Assembly: GCF_006345805.1 (NCBI RefSeq)
Contig: NC_043002.1
Span: 33,728,001-33,792,000 of the forward strand
Direction of reading: 5' to 3'
DNA length: 64,000 nucleotides
From: Octopus sinensis
Lineage: Eukaryota
Shown one piece after another: positions 12,131-23,811 of this stretch. The translations under genes were made by a program, and so were the position numbers. How positions within the stretch are numbered: position 1 is the stretch's first letter; each line of letters begins with the position of its first letter. Under the pieces are notes generated by a model. It did not search any database, was not told the origin of the DNA, and saw only the letters and a list, made by a program, of their open reading frames with translations.

Positions 12131-12204
12131 CTGTTAGGAAGAGAGAACAACATTTAATTTAACATTGGTCTAAGATCACAAAGTTTGAGAAGGTAGTGGG
12201 TGAG

Positions 12205-12610
12205 TGATTAGAAGTTTGCTTTTCAGCCACATGGTTCTGGGTTCAGTCCCACTGCATGGCACCTTGGGAGAGTGTCTTATTTCTTTATGGCCCACAAAGG
12301 GCTAAACATAGAATGGACAAACAAGGACAGACAAAGGGATTAAGTCGATTATATTGACCCCAATGTGTAACTGGTATTTAATTTATCGACCCCGAAAGGA
12401 TGAAAGATAAAGTTGACCTCGGCGGAATTTGAACTCAGAATGTAATGGCAGACAAAATACCACTAAGCATTTCGCCCAGCATACTAATGTTTCTGCCAGC
12501 TCACCGCAAGTGTCTTCTGTTATACTCCTGGACCAACCACAGCCTTGTAAGTGGATTTGGTAGACGAAAAGTGAAAAGCTTATCATATGTGCATGTACGT
12601 GTGTGTGTGT
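12205..12610. mobile_element. SINE A (+) interrupted by SINE B (-, 12279-12508)
   Basis: The A sequence breaks after AGTGTCTT (12271-12278) and resumes with AGTGTCTT (12509-12516), which is the TSD of the B insertion. Confidence 0.85.
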
Positions 12611-13149
12611 GTGTCTCATTGTCTTGACATTGTGTAATAGTTGTAAATGATTGTCACTGTTATACAAGCAGTGTCATTCATTATCGGTATTTTGAGATAA
12701 CAATTCTAGCCATGGGAAAATTTTACCTTACTTGAAAACAGGTGAGGGTTAGTGAAGAGAAAGAGCATCTAGTGAAAGTAAATCTGCTTCAATAAACTCC
12801 ACCTGACCCATGGAAGCACGGAAAAGTCATCATCAACATCACCAACATTTAACACACGTTTTCCATGCTGGTATAGGTTGGACAGCTTGACAGGAATTGG
12901 TAAGGCCAGGGACCACACCAGATTCCATAGTCTGTTTTGGTTTGGTATCTATCCCTTTCCTAATGCCAACCACTCCAGAATGTACTGGGTGCTTTTTACG
13001 TGGAACCAGCCTCCACACCAATGCTTATTAAAACAACCCCATTATTCAAACGGCATACATTTTATAGATCCCAGAAGGATGAAAAGTAAAGTTGATCAAA
13101 GTTGGATTTCAATTAAGAACATCAAGAGCTATAACTCTGAAACTGAAAC

Positions 13150-13380
13150 AAGATAACAATGAGGGTGATGATGACAATGATGATGGTGATAATAACAAGA
13201 GTGATGACAACGATAATGGTATTGATGATGACAATAGAGTGATAAATACAATGATGATAGTGATAACAATGATGGTATTGGAGGCAGTGATGAGGGTGAT
13301 AACAATTATGATGATGACAATGATGATGGCAATAGTGGTGATAATGATGAAGAAAACAATAAAGAACTAAAAGTGATAAT
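13150..13380. repeat. Degenerate (GAT/AAT)n trinucleotide tract
   Basis: GATGATGACAATGATGATGGTGATAAT.. immediately downstream of the exon 2 donor. Confidence 0.85.
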
Positions 13381-13397
13381 ACAATGGCATGACTTAC

Positions 13398-13488
13398 CAT
13401 CGTTTTACCAATACCACGGGCTCCAATTAAAAGAACTGAGTTACTTTCACCAAAGTTGATAGTCCGTTTCACTAAGTCGGTAATCTGT
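13398..13488 (-). CDS. ORC4: ORC4 coding exon 2 with AAA+ Walker A (QITDLVKRTINFGESNSVLLIGARGIGKTM)
   Basis: tgcattcag|ACAGATTACC..ACGATG|gtaagt; 91 nt. GESNSVLLIGARGIGKT matches ORC4 GESNSVLIIGPRGSGKT. Confidence 0.97.
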
Positions 13489-14127
13489 CTGAATGCATAA
13501 ATATTAAACATCAGTTATTAGTCTCAAACAAGATGTTAGTTGTAAAATACTTGGTTAAATATCACAACTGACCAACATCCCACGCTATAGATTCAAACAA
13601 CAGATTATACAACATTTATGAAGATGTGCATCTACACAGCCACTCAAACTTACTAGAAATAGTAGCTAAAAAATTCTACAGTTCCAAAAATAGATGAATA
13701 TACTGGATACAAACTTAAGTGTGGGATACAGTTTGCCAGAAAAGAAAATACTACAATCACTTCTTTAAAGTGGAACAGCCTATGCTGAGACTACACACTA
13801 CCTTCAAAGGGAAAGATAGAAAGAATGGCAGCCAGATTAAGAATATGGTTCTAGACACACTATGTCTGAAAAAAAAATGGGATACTTGATAAAGTTACAA
13901 TACTATCCCTCCCTTTCTGACCAAAACCACATAAAAGACCCCTTTACTATTCAAAAATTATTTTTTATGTCTACTCAATCCAACTACATAGAAACATACA
14001 CAGCAATAGCTACAATATCAATATTATAATTAGCCTTAAACACTGTGCTGGGAACTAAAACGCTCACCTGGTTGGACAACATACCTGAATGAATGTAACT
14101 CTTCCACACCAGACATCTCGATCAAGC

Positions 14128-14480
14128 AATCATCATCATCATCATTTAGCGTCCGCTTTCCATGCTAGCATGGGTTGGATGGTTCAACTGGGGTCTGGGA
14201 AACCAGAAGGCTGCACCAGGCCCAGTCTGATCTGGCAATGTTTCTACGGCTGGATGCCTTTCCTAACGCCAACCACACCGTGAGTGTAGTGAGTGCTTTT
14301 TACATGCCACCGGCACAGGTGCCAGACGGGGCTGGCAAACAGCCACGGTCAGATGGTGCTTTTTACGTGCCACCGGCACGGGGGCCAGGCGAGGCTGGCA
14401 ACAGCCACAATCGGATGGTGCTTTTTACGTGCCACCAGCACGGAGGCCCGTTGGGGTGGCGCTGGCAACAGCCACGTGTA
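14128..14480 (-). mobile_element. RTE 3' UTR fragment
   Basis: (TCA)n tail followed by the reverse complement of the 10900-11292 3' UTR repeats. Confidence 0.85.
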
Positions 14481-15040
14481 GGCAAAAGGCATAAACGTCA
14501 CATTGGGTTTACGCTAGCTGAAATATCTCATCTGTGCATGCCCCGAACTGTAGAAGATAGTAGTAGTTCACCGACTCAACTGACCGCTGTCTGATCATTC
14601 ACTCAGTATCTAGTGACATTCGTCATTGACTCCATAAGTTCATATATTGAAATAGTGCACACCCACCATGTTGCATCCCATGATTTTAACAAACCCTAGC
14701 TCAGATGATTACATGCTATTTAACCCATAGCTGGAACCCTGTCAGTTGCTACTATTCCAGGTCAGGGTAAACATGAGAACAATGGGGGCTAAAAGGTGGT
14801 TCCACATTCTTCAAAAACCTGACACTCCCAAATACAGTTTAAAGTCGTACCTAGAATAATGATAAGTACAGACAAACATTAAGTGTGACTATGACCAATT
14901 TCCTTGCTTGTGTCTACTATGTCTGCTAACAGAAGCAACAGTATAGAGAAAGAAAAAAAACGGATGCTGGAGAGAATATAAATCATTACAAGATTTTATA
15001 AACTAATGCATGTTTGAGAAAATAGTCAAGAACTCAACTA

Positions 15041-15543
15041 CCGTAAATCCTCGAGCATTTTTTTCCCAAAATTTAAAGGTAAAAATCCCTAGTGCATACT
15101 ATATATGAGATTAAAAATGAAAATTATTTTCTAAGCAATGTTCAAGTCTCTATTTGCTGTCTGGCAATGTTTATTCAGACGCATTTTGTGATGTCGGGCA
15201 CGAAAATACCTTAAGCTAAGCCAGAAAGCAATGAAGTCATAAAAGAATAATCCATAACTTGCAGTAAGCAACATTTATTAAACGTTATTACTGTTATTAC
15301 TATTATTTCTTTATTTTCTGCAAACAAAATGCACAAAAAAGACTACACGTTTGCATTATGTTATATATACAATAATAATAAAGTATACATTTTTACAAAC
15401 CAAGGACGTTATATAGATCTCCTTGACTTAAATTAGAGAAGGGGTGCATATTATACACAAAGTTTAGGTTTTTCAGAGATACAGCCTGCTAAAAATCCCC
15501 TGCATATTATACTCAAGGGCAGACTATACTCGAGGATTTACGG
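15041..15543. mobile_element. Tc1/mariner-superfamily (pogo/Tc2-like) MITE
   Basis: TA|CCGTAAATCCTCGAG ... CTCGAGGATTTACGG|TA: perfect 15-bp TIR with TA TSD. A remnant of the same left end is inverted at about 39598-39709. Confidence 0.9.
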
Positions 15544-15716
15544 TATATACAGACATAGTCTCTATATTTTATCAGATATACAGTCACAAAACAGTTAAAT
15601 AAATGAAATAGTAATCATTAATTAATCAAAATTGATTAAAACACAGAAAGAATATTTCATTCAACATATGATCTCAAAGGAGTTAAACAAATGAAATTGC
15701 AATCAGAAATATTTAC

Positions 15717-15832
15717 TGTTTTTCTTCTTTGAAACCAATTGGTGCCTCTGGGACCCAACACTGTCCAAGCCTTTCTCGTAATGCTGTTTGCACTTGGTCT
15801 GCCATTTCAATAGGATCCACAAATGGAGCCAT
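15717..15832 (-). CDS. ORC4: ORC4 first coding exon (MAPFVDPIEMADQVQTALRERLGQCWVPEAPIGFKEEK-Q); exon spans 15717-15858
   Basis: Acceptor ttggtttcag| at 15858, in-frame TGA upstream of the ATG at 15832, donor CA|gtaaat. Phase 2 matches exon 2; QVQTALRERL resembles ORC4 QVQRILRERF. Confidence 0.88.
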
Positions 15833-16003
15833 AATATTCTCTAGCTGTCACTCGCAATCTGAAACCAACAGCAATAACATTAGATACTTATTATTCTCAT
15901 CAAAAATCAATCAACAAACATAAAACTGAGTTAGCCTCATAACTGCACAAAATTAAAGCCCCACCTGCACCTATATATATATATATATATATATATCAAT
16001 ATA

Positions 16004-16216
16004 TCATCATCATCATTTAACGTCCATTTTCCATGCTAGCACGGGTTGGATGGTTCGACAGGGGTCTGGGAAGCCAGGAGGCTGTGCCAGGCCCAGTCTG
16101 ATCTGGCAGTGTTTCTACAGCTGGATGCCCTTCCTAACACTAACCACTCCGTGAGTGTAGTGGGTGCTTTTTACGTGCCACAGGCACAGGTGCCAGGGGA
16201 GGCTGGCAGCGGCCAC
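16004..16216 (-). mobile_element. Short RTE 3' fragment adjacent to the long copy
   Basis: Has its own (TCA)n tail next to a (TA)n tract. Confidence 0.85.
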
Positions 16217-16257
16217 ACATATATATATATGTGTGTATGTATATATATATATATATA

Positions 16258-19200
16258 TCATCATCATCATCATCATCATCATCATTTAACGTCCGTTTTC
16301 CATGCTAGCATGGGTTGGACGGTTCAACTGGGGTCTGGGGAGCCCGAAAGCTGCACCAGTCCAGTCAGATCTGGCAGTGTTTCTACAGCTGGATGCCCTT
16401 CCTAACGCCAACCACTCCGAGAGTGTAGTGGGTGATTTTATGTGCCACCGACACAGGTGCCAGACGAGGCTGGCAAACGGCCACGCTCGGATGGTGTTTT
16501 TTATGTGCCACCGACACAGGTGCCAGACGAGGCTGGCAGACGGCCACGCTCGGATGGTGTTTTTATGTGCCACCGACACAGGTGCCAGATGAGGCTGGCA
16601 AACGGCCACGATCGGATGGTGCTTGCTACGTGCCCACAGCACGGAGGCCAGTCGATGCGGCACCGGCTACGGCCACGTTCGGACAGCCCCCTTGTGTGCC
16701 ACGTGCCACCGGCACTGGCACCACAAAGATACAAATTCCATTGATGTTCATCTATTTTGATTTGTTTTGATTTTCACTTGCCTCAACAGGTCTTCACAAG
16801 TGTCGCAAGAAGGAAGGTATGTACAGGTGGACTGACTATGTCCCAGGTAGGGCCCACGGGTTATGACCTGACTAGTCTTGCCGGGTCTTCGGATAGTGTT
16901 TTTATGTGCCACCATGTTCCCATAGCACGGAGGCGAGTCGATGCGGTACTGGCTACGGCCACGTTCGGATGGTTTTCTTGTGTGCCACAGGCACTGGTAC
17001 CACAAAGATACAAATTCCATTGATGTTCATCTATTTTGATTGATTTTCACTTGCCTCAGCAGGTCTTCACAAGTGTCACAAGAAGGGAGGTATGCACAGG
17101 TGGATCGACTACGTCCCAGGTAGGGGCCACGGATATGGCCTGACTAGTCCTGCCGGGTCCTCTCATGCACAGCACACTTCCATAGGACTCGGTCTTCAGT
17201 CATTTCCTTGGTGAGACCTAAAGTTCGAAGGTCGTGCTTCACCACCACTCGTCCCAGGTTTTCCTGGGTCTACCTCTTCCACAGTTTCCTCAACTGCTAG
17301 GGTGTAGCACTTTTGCACACAACTATCTTCAGCCATTCTCGTCACATGACCATACCAGCGCAGCCGTCTCTCTTGCACACCACAACTGACACTTCTTAGG
17401 TTCAACTTTTCTCTCAAAGTACTTACACTCTGACGATTATGAACACTGACATTACACATCCATCGGAGCATACTGGCTTCATTTCTTGCAAGCTTACGCA
17501 TATCCTCAGCTGTCACGGCCCATGTTTCACTACCATGTAGCATGGCTGTACGTACACACGCATCATATAGTCTGCCTTTTACTCTTAGCGGAGGCCTTTT
17601 GTCACCAGCAGGGGTAAGAGCTCTCTAAACTTTGCCCAGGCTATTCTTACTCTAGCAGTTACACTTTCAGCACACCCACCCCCTACTGACTTGGTCTCCT
17701 AGGTAGCGGAAGCTATCAACTACTTCTAGTTTGTCTCCCTGGAACGTGGTAGAAGTTGGTCTCTCTCTGCACATTTCCAGTGTTTATTTCTCTTGAGCAT
17801 CTGCCACAGACAAAAACTATTTTCTTAGTTAGCCTTCTTTGACATTGCTGCACCTCGTATGTGTCCATAGCTTACACTTGGTGCACCTTATAGAGTTTCT
17901 ACCTACACACCTTTTTTACAGATCGAGCAGGGCCATCTACCTGAAGTCGTTTGTGGTTGGTCCACCTTCCTACTTATTAGGACTTTGGTTTTGGCTAGGT
18001 TGATTCTAAGGCCCTTCGATTCTAATCCTTGTTTCCACACCTGAAACTTCTCCTCCAGTTCTGATAGTGACTCAGCAATTAGAGCAAGGTCATCAGCATA
18101 TAGGAGCTCCCAGGGGCATCCTGTCTTAAATTCTTCCGTTATTGCCTGGAGGACTATGATAAATAGGAGGGGGCTGAGGACTGAACCTTGGTGGACCCCA
18201 ACCTCTACCCGGAATTCTTCACTGTACTCGTTGCCAACCCTCACCTTACTAGCTGCGTCTCTGTACATGGCTCGCACAGCTCTCACTAACCATTCATCTA
18301 TCCCTAGTTTCCTCATTGACCACCACCAGATAAGGGATCGGGGGACCCTGTCAAAGGCTTTCTCTAAGTCAACAAAAGCCAGGTACAAGGGCTTACCTTT
18401 GGCTAGGTATTTCTCCTGCAGCTGTCTTACCAGGATATAGCATCAGTAGTACTTTTCCTGGCACGAACCCAAACTGCATATCATCTAAGCTAACTCTCTC
18501 TCTAATTAACTGGGCTATAACCCTCTCCGTAACCTTCATTACCTGATCCAACAGCTTGATGCCCTGTAGTTATTTGTATCTAGGGCATCGCCTTTACCTT
18601 TGTAGCAGTTGACTATTATGCTGCTACACCAGTCATTGGGTATGACTCCTTCGTGTATCACCTGGTTAACTATACGGGTGACTATGCTATACCGACACTA
18701 CCAGATATTTTGAGCATCTCTGCAGTAATTCCTGATGGGCCTGGGGCTTTCCCTGTCTTCATGCTTCTAATTGCCTTAGCTACCACGGAACTATCAACTC
18801 GGATAGCTGGTCCCTCTGTTGGGTCAACATTCGGCAGACTCTCTTTATCCCATTCATTTTCCTCATTCAGCAACCTTTCATACTTGCGTCTCCAAGCTTC
18901 TCTCTTTGCATCCTCATTTAGCGCAAGTGAACCATCCTCCATGCGAACACATTTCTCTCCTACCACATCTCGATTCTCTCTCACACACTGTCTTGCAACA
19001 CGAAATACCTCAAGTCTTTCATCCTCACGGCGCAGGACATTGGCAAATTTTCTTTTATCTGCTTCCCCTCTGGCTAGATAGACCTGTCTCCTGGCTTCCC
19101 TTCTGGCAGTCTGATACACTTCCCTGCTACCACCGTTCTTCCAGGCCTTCCAAGCCTGTTTCTTTGTCTAATAGCCCTATCAACAATATTGTTCCACCAC

Positions 19201-20229
19201 CATGTTATTTTGGGTCTTAAGGGGACTTTGCACCCGCCACAGATCTGGTCAGCGGCTTTCAGCAGGTTGTCCCTCAGAAACGTCCAGTTGTCTTCTACCC
19301 CATGTGTAGCTATAACCCCCCTTCCACTTCGTCAAAGGCTTCAAGTAACATATCTCTAAATCTCTGTCCATTCGCAGGGTCTTTAAGCTTCCAGACCCTT
19401 CTTCTCCATGTTGGTCGTCTTCTAGTCGCCCTCTTAGTCCTGATCCTAAAGTCACTAACTACCAGTCTATGTTTGGGGTGCATTCTTCGCCTGGGAAGGT
19501 TTTGGCATTTATAAGCAGCCATCTTTCCCTTTTTCTGGCGAGGATGTAGTCGATTTGGCTAGTATGCCAGCCCGATCGGTAGGTGACCAGGTGGCTTGTT
19601 GGTTTCCTGAAGTTAGTGTTGCAGATCATAAGACTATTCGCATCGCAGAACTCCAGCAGCCTGGTTCCCCCCTCGTTGCGGGAACCATAACCGTAGCCTC
19701 CATGCACGCCATGGAAGCCCCCAGCATGTCGTCCAACATGCCCATTGAAATCACCAGCCACAAAGAGAAGGTCCCTGTCGTTCGTCAATGAGGTGGTCTG
19801 CAGTAGGGTGTCATAGAAACTGTCTTTCTGTCCATCGGGTAGCCCTGGCTGCTGAGGGCATAGGCCGATATAATGGTTGCTAATCTATTATGAAGCACTA
19901 TTCTAATCTTAAGTATTCTGTCACTTACTCTGATTACCTCAATTACTCTATCTATCCATTTCTCAGCGATAAGTATAACCCACGCCACCACCCCGTCAGT
20001 GTTCCCTGCCCAGAAAATCTTGTACCTGTGTTCCTTGCCTGTGAGGAACCAGCAGATCCTCCTCTCCACCTTATTTCTTGCATACAACATACGTCAACAC
20101 GTCTCCGTTCAGCATCTCGACTATCTCGCCAGACCTACCTTTCAGTGTGCCAGCGTGAGGGTCCCACCCTGAGGGGGTGGAAGGTATTGACCCGAGAGGC
20201 CAGGGACGGGGAGCAGTGCCGTCATGTAC
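16258..20229 (-). mobile_element. Near-full-length RTE-clade LINE (APE endonuclease + RT), inactivated by frameshifts and stops
   Basis: Endonuclease motifs GTLKGRSGEIVEML, ISAYA and FVAGDFNGHVG..NTNFRK..SQIDYIL. RT motifs FVDLEKAFDRVPR, GVHQGSVLSPLLF, LLYADDL and MLHGSETW. Repetitive 3' UTR with (GAT)n tail at 16258-16285. Confidence 0.96.
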
Positions 20230-20463
20230 CTGAAAAGAAGAAGAAAACTCGCATTTGGCAGAATTCATAAGCAAAGCAATGAACTTAAGTTCAACCTGTT
20301 ACACTGCACTAACATGTTTTTGCGCCGTATGGTCACCCCACCATATAGAAGGGGTGGTATTGGTTTAAGGCCTTTAGGTGTTCATGGAAGAAAAGCAAAG
20401 GAAGGCAAGGTGAGATAAGGACTTCCGGTACTGGTGGTGGGGGCGGGAGGGCGGGCGCACTGC

Positions 20464-21249
20464 GCACTGGGAGAAGACGAGATTTAGGCGGCAGAAAGAA
20501 AGACAAGATTTGAGATGGAAAGGTTTGCGGTCGTGTGCATAAGTTTCTGTGAGTGGAAGTTGGGAAAGATGGGTTAGAGAATTAAGCGACAGAAAGACCA
20601 GATTTGAGACGAGATGTTTTTTTGCGGTCGTGTGAGTAAGTTTTTGTGAGCGAAAGTTTATATGCTTCAGCTAGCATTTGAGACGAAGGATAACGATAAT
20701 ATATGGGGGACACAATAATAAGGCTTGATGGTGATAATAATACTTGCAAAAACAATGAAAGAGGGACAGGTCGTGAACTTAAATATGACTTAGCTGATAT
20801 TATTCATCATCCTGCGGTTCGTAGTTCGTGTGTTATAGCCAAGAGGAAAGCAATAATAAGGGCGGTCAAGCCTCGTGCGTAGGGTTTTATAGGGGAGGGG
20901 GGAGGAGGTGTGGGTAGAAGCCTGTGGCAGCGAGTGAAAGTGAAATATATAGAGAGAGAGAGACAGCGATAACAGAGGGAGAAAACGACACCGCAGAGAA
21001 AGAGAGAGAGAGAGAGAGAGAGAGGGAGGGAGAGAGACATGGTGATAACAGAGGGGCAAAAACGACACCGGGCACTGGGAGAAGACGAGATTTAGGCGGC
21101 AGAAAGAAAGACAAGATTTGAGATGGAAAGGTTTGCAGTCGTGTGCATAAGTTTCTGTGAGTGGAAGTTGGGAAAGATGGGTTAGAGAATTAAGCGACAG
21201 AAAGACCAGATTTGAGATGAGATGTTTTTTGTTTGCGGTCGTGTGAGTA
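20464..21249. repeat. ~180-bp direct repeat (20464-20639 and 21072-21249) enclosing a GA/G-rich spacer
   Basis: GCACTGGGAGAAGACGAGATTTAGGCGGCAG..GCGGTCGTGTGAGTAA occurs twice with few differences; period about 608 bp. Confidence 0.9.
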
Positions 21250-21262
21250 ATATGTGTGTGTG

Positions 21263-21512
21263 TGCTAGTGGCATGTAAAAAGCACCCACCACACTCTCGG
21301 AGTGGTTGGCATTAAGAAGGGCATCCAACCATAGAAAATCACCTGTCGAACTGTCCAACTCATGCCAGCATGGAAGACAGCCAGCCATAGAAACCATGCC
21401 ACATCAGATTGGAACCTGGTGTAGCTCTCCAGCTTGCCAGTTTCAGTCAAACCATCTAACCCATGCTAGCATGGAAAGCAGACTACTAAACAATAATGAT
21501 GATGATGATGAT
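21263..21512 (+). mobile_element. Diverged RTE 3' tail
   Basis: GTGGCATGTAAAAAGCACCCACCACACTCTCGGAGTGG..CCATGCTAGCATGGAAAG..(GAT)n. Confidence 0.8.
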
Positions 21513-21633
21513 TTTGTGTGTGTGAGTTCTTGTGCCTCCTTATATTGACATTACATGATTGTAATGAGTGTCACAAGCAGTCATTCATTTTTACTTTTCA
21601 TGGAAATGCATCTGGCCATGGTGAAATATTACA

Positions 21634-23109
21634 GGTGCCAATCTGATTCTGCCATTCATTTCTCTTTATAATTTCCAAATAATTTTTTAAATACATCAAA
21701 ATCAAAATTGAAAAGTCTTAAACAATCATGCATGCGCAAGTAAGAGAAAATTATTTACTGATAAAAAATTATGTTATTAAAATAAATTATCTGTAAACAT
21801 ACCTTTTAATTATTGCAGATAAATTTCCACTATGTGCTTTATAAATGTATTGTAATTTTCCCAGGAATTGTCACAATTCATACCATAATAATCCTTGTAC
21901 ATCGACAAGCACATATATCTCCACTGGATCCATATATATACTTCAGTTTCCATTTAATTCGTGCCTAGTATGATTCCACGTTGTTTGTACATATACTTAA
22001 CATGGGATATACTAAATGAGACAAGTGGTTCACTGTTCCATGGGTATATCCCGGACTGGATAAACTTTTAAAGCTGGGTCACATATCTGTAAAAATAGTG
22101 GAACCTCCTTCAACATTCTCAATAATGACCGCTCCTAGTGTCTCTGCTTTTCAATCAGGAACAAGTTGCAGGTAACCCTTCTTTACCATGTTATCATATA
22201 TTTCACATATCCTAAACTTCTTCACCACTCTTCCAACTTCACTTTTCCTCTTAAAAAGGCTTTCATCTATGGAAAAAGTCAACTGACGGTCTTCTCACTT
22301 TTTTGCATAATCCTGGACTTCATGTGTGAAATGCCAATGACAAGCTGCATGTCCATGAACAATATTAGCAGACAGACAGCTGTCCAGTAGTACAAATACT
22401 GCAGGGATATGTACCCAAAAATTATTGAAAGACAAGAAATTAGGGGGCCTGAATCATATAGTCCAAGTAGACAAAAGCTTTCATTTTACCAGGAAAAATG
22501 GAAGAGTAGTGAAGAAGCTTTGGATTCTTGGAATACATGATAACACAGGAAAAAAGGGTTATCTGCAACTTGTTCCTGACTAAAAAGCAGAGACGCTAGA
22601 AGTGGTCATTATTGGAAATATTGAAGCAGGTCCCACTATTTTTACGGATATGTGGTCCAGCTTTAAAAATTTATCCAGACTAGGATATACACATGGAACA
22701 GTGAAGCACTTGTCTCATTTTGTAGATCCTGTGTCTTGTTTGTGTACAAACAACATGGAATCATACTGAGCACAAATTAAACAGAAACTGAAGTACATAC
22801 ATGGTTCTAGTGGAGATATGCACTGGTCACATGTTGATGAGGCCATCTACATGGATCATTATGGCATGAAATGTGACAATGCCTGGGAGAATAACAATAC
22901 ATTTGTAAAACACATAGTGGGAATTTATCCACAATAAGTTAAGGGTATATTACAGATAATTCATTTAAATAACAATTTTCTGTTAGTAAATGATTCTCTC
23001 TTATGCGCACATATACGATTGTATAAAACTTCTTCAATTTTGATTTCGAAGTATTTAAAAAAATTATTAGGAAATTATAAAGAGAAACGACTGGCAGAAT
23101 CAGGCTGTC
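21634..23109. mobile_element. Merlin/IS1595(ISXO2)-like transposase relics: two 5'-truncated copies joined back to back
   Basis: Plus frame KLGG..IVQVD..GRVVKKLWILG..YLQLVPD*KAETL..TIFTDMWSSFKNL..GYTHGTVKHLSHFVDP..TNNMESY*AQIKQKLK. The minus strand of 21634-22290 encodes the homologous IDESLF..TIFTDM..GYTHGTVNH..TNNVESY. These are ISXO2-type DDE motifs. Confidence 0.85.
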
Positions 23110-23225
23110 TGTATATTAAAACCAAGAGTTAAAAAAAAAAAACAGAGAAAGTGGAAAGTTTGGGAATTAAGGGGGAGGGGCTTTAAGAAATTTTTTTTTT
23201 TTTTTTTTTTGCATAATCGTATTAT

Positions 23226-23570
23226 AGGCGCAGGAGTGGCTGTGTGGTAAGTAGCTTGTTTACCAACCACATGGTTCCGGGTTCAGTCCCACTGCATGGC
23301 ACCTTGGGCAAGTGTCTTCTACTATAGCCTCGGGCCGACCAAAGCCTTGTGAGTGGATTTGGGAGACGGAAACTGAAAGAAGCCTGTCGTATATATGTAT
23401 ATATATATGTATGTGTGTGTATGTGTTTGTGTGTCTGTGTTTGTCCCCCCTAGCATTGCTTGACAGCTGATGCTGGTGTGTTTATGTTCCCGTTACTTAG
23501 CGGTTCGGCAAAAGAGACCGATAGAATAAGTACTGGGCTTACAAAAGAATAAGTCCCTGGGTCGAGTTGT
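23226..23570 (+). mobile_element. SINE family A
   Basis: Full head and body, 3' end slightly truncated. Confidence 0.85.
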
Positions 23571-23811
23571 ATGTAAATGTCATATCAGTGGCAGACAACA
23601 TTTATTTATACATCCATAAGTATGGAGACAGTCGTTATTTCTAATGAAAACATTGCGTGAGAGAGGGTGAGAGAGATATCAATACTAAAACTTTCAGTAC
23701 CGACATTAATAACATTGATTTGGTTGGGGCGTCTGCAAGAGAACTGCATTCTCAATATTGCCACCTGAGCTGTTAGGTACAGCTGCCAAACTACCCTCAA
23801 AATACAGCCGG

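Noticed and set aside
13122-13511. 129-aa His-rich ORF containing a Walker A motif
   Set aside because: Only 13398-13488 is exon; the His-rich part is intronic (GAT)n read-through past a GTAAGT donor.
16430-16700. Regularly spaced repeats resembling a CRISPR array
   Set aside because: Eukaryotic context, no unique spacers, no cas genes; the repeats are the RTE 3' UTR found in several copies.
18156-19791. Plus-strand ORFs overlapping the RTE
   Set aside because: Antisense shadows of the minus-strand RTE ORF.
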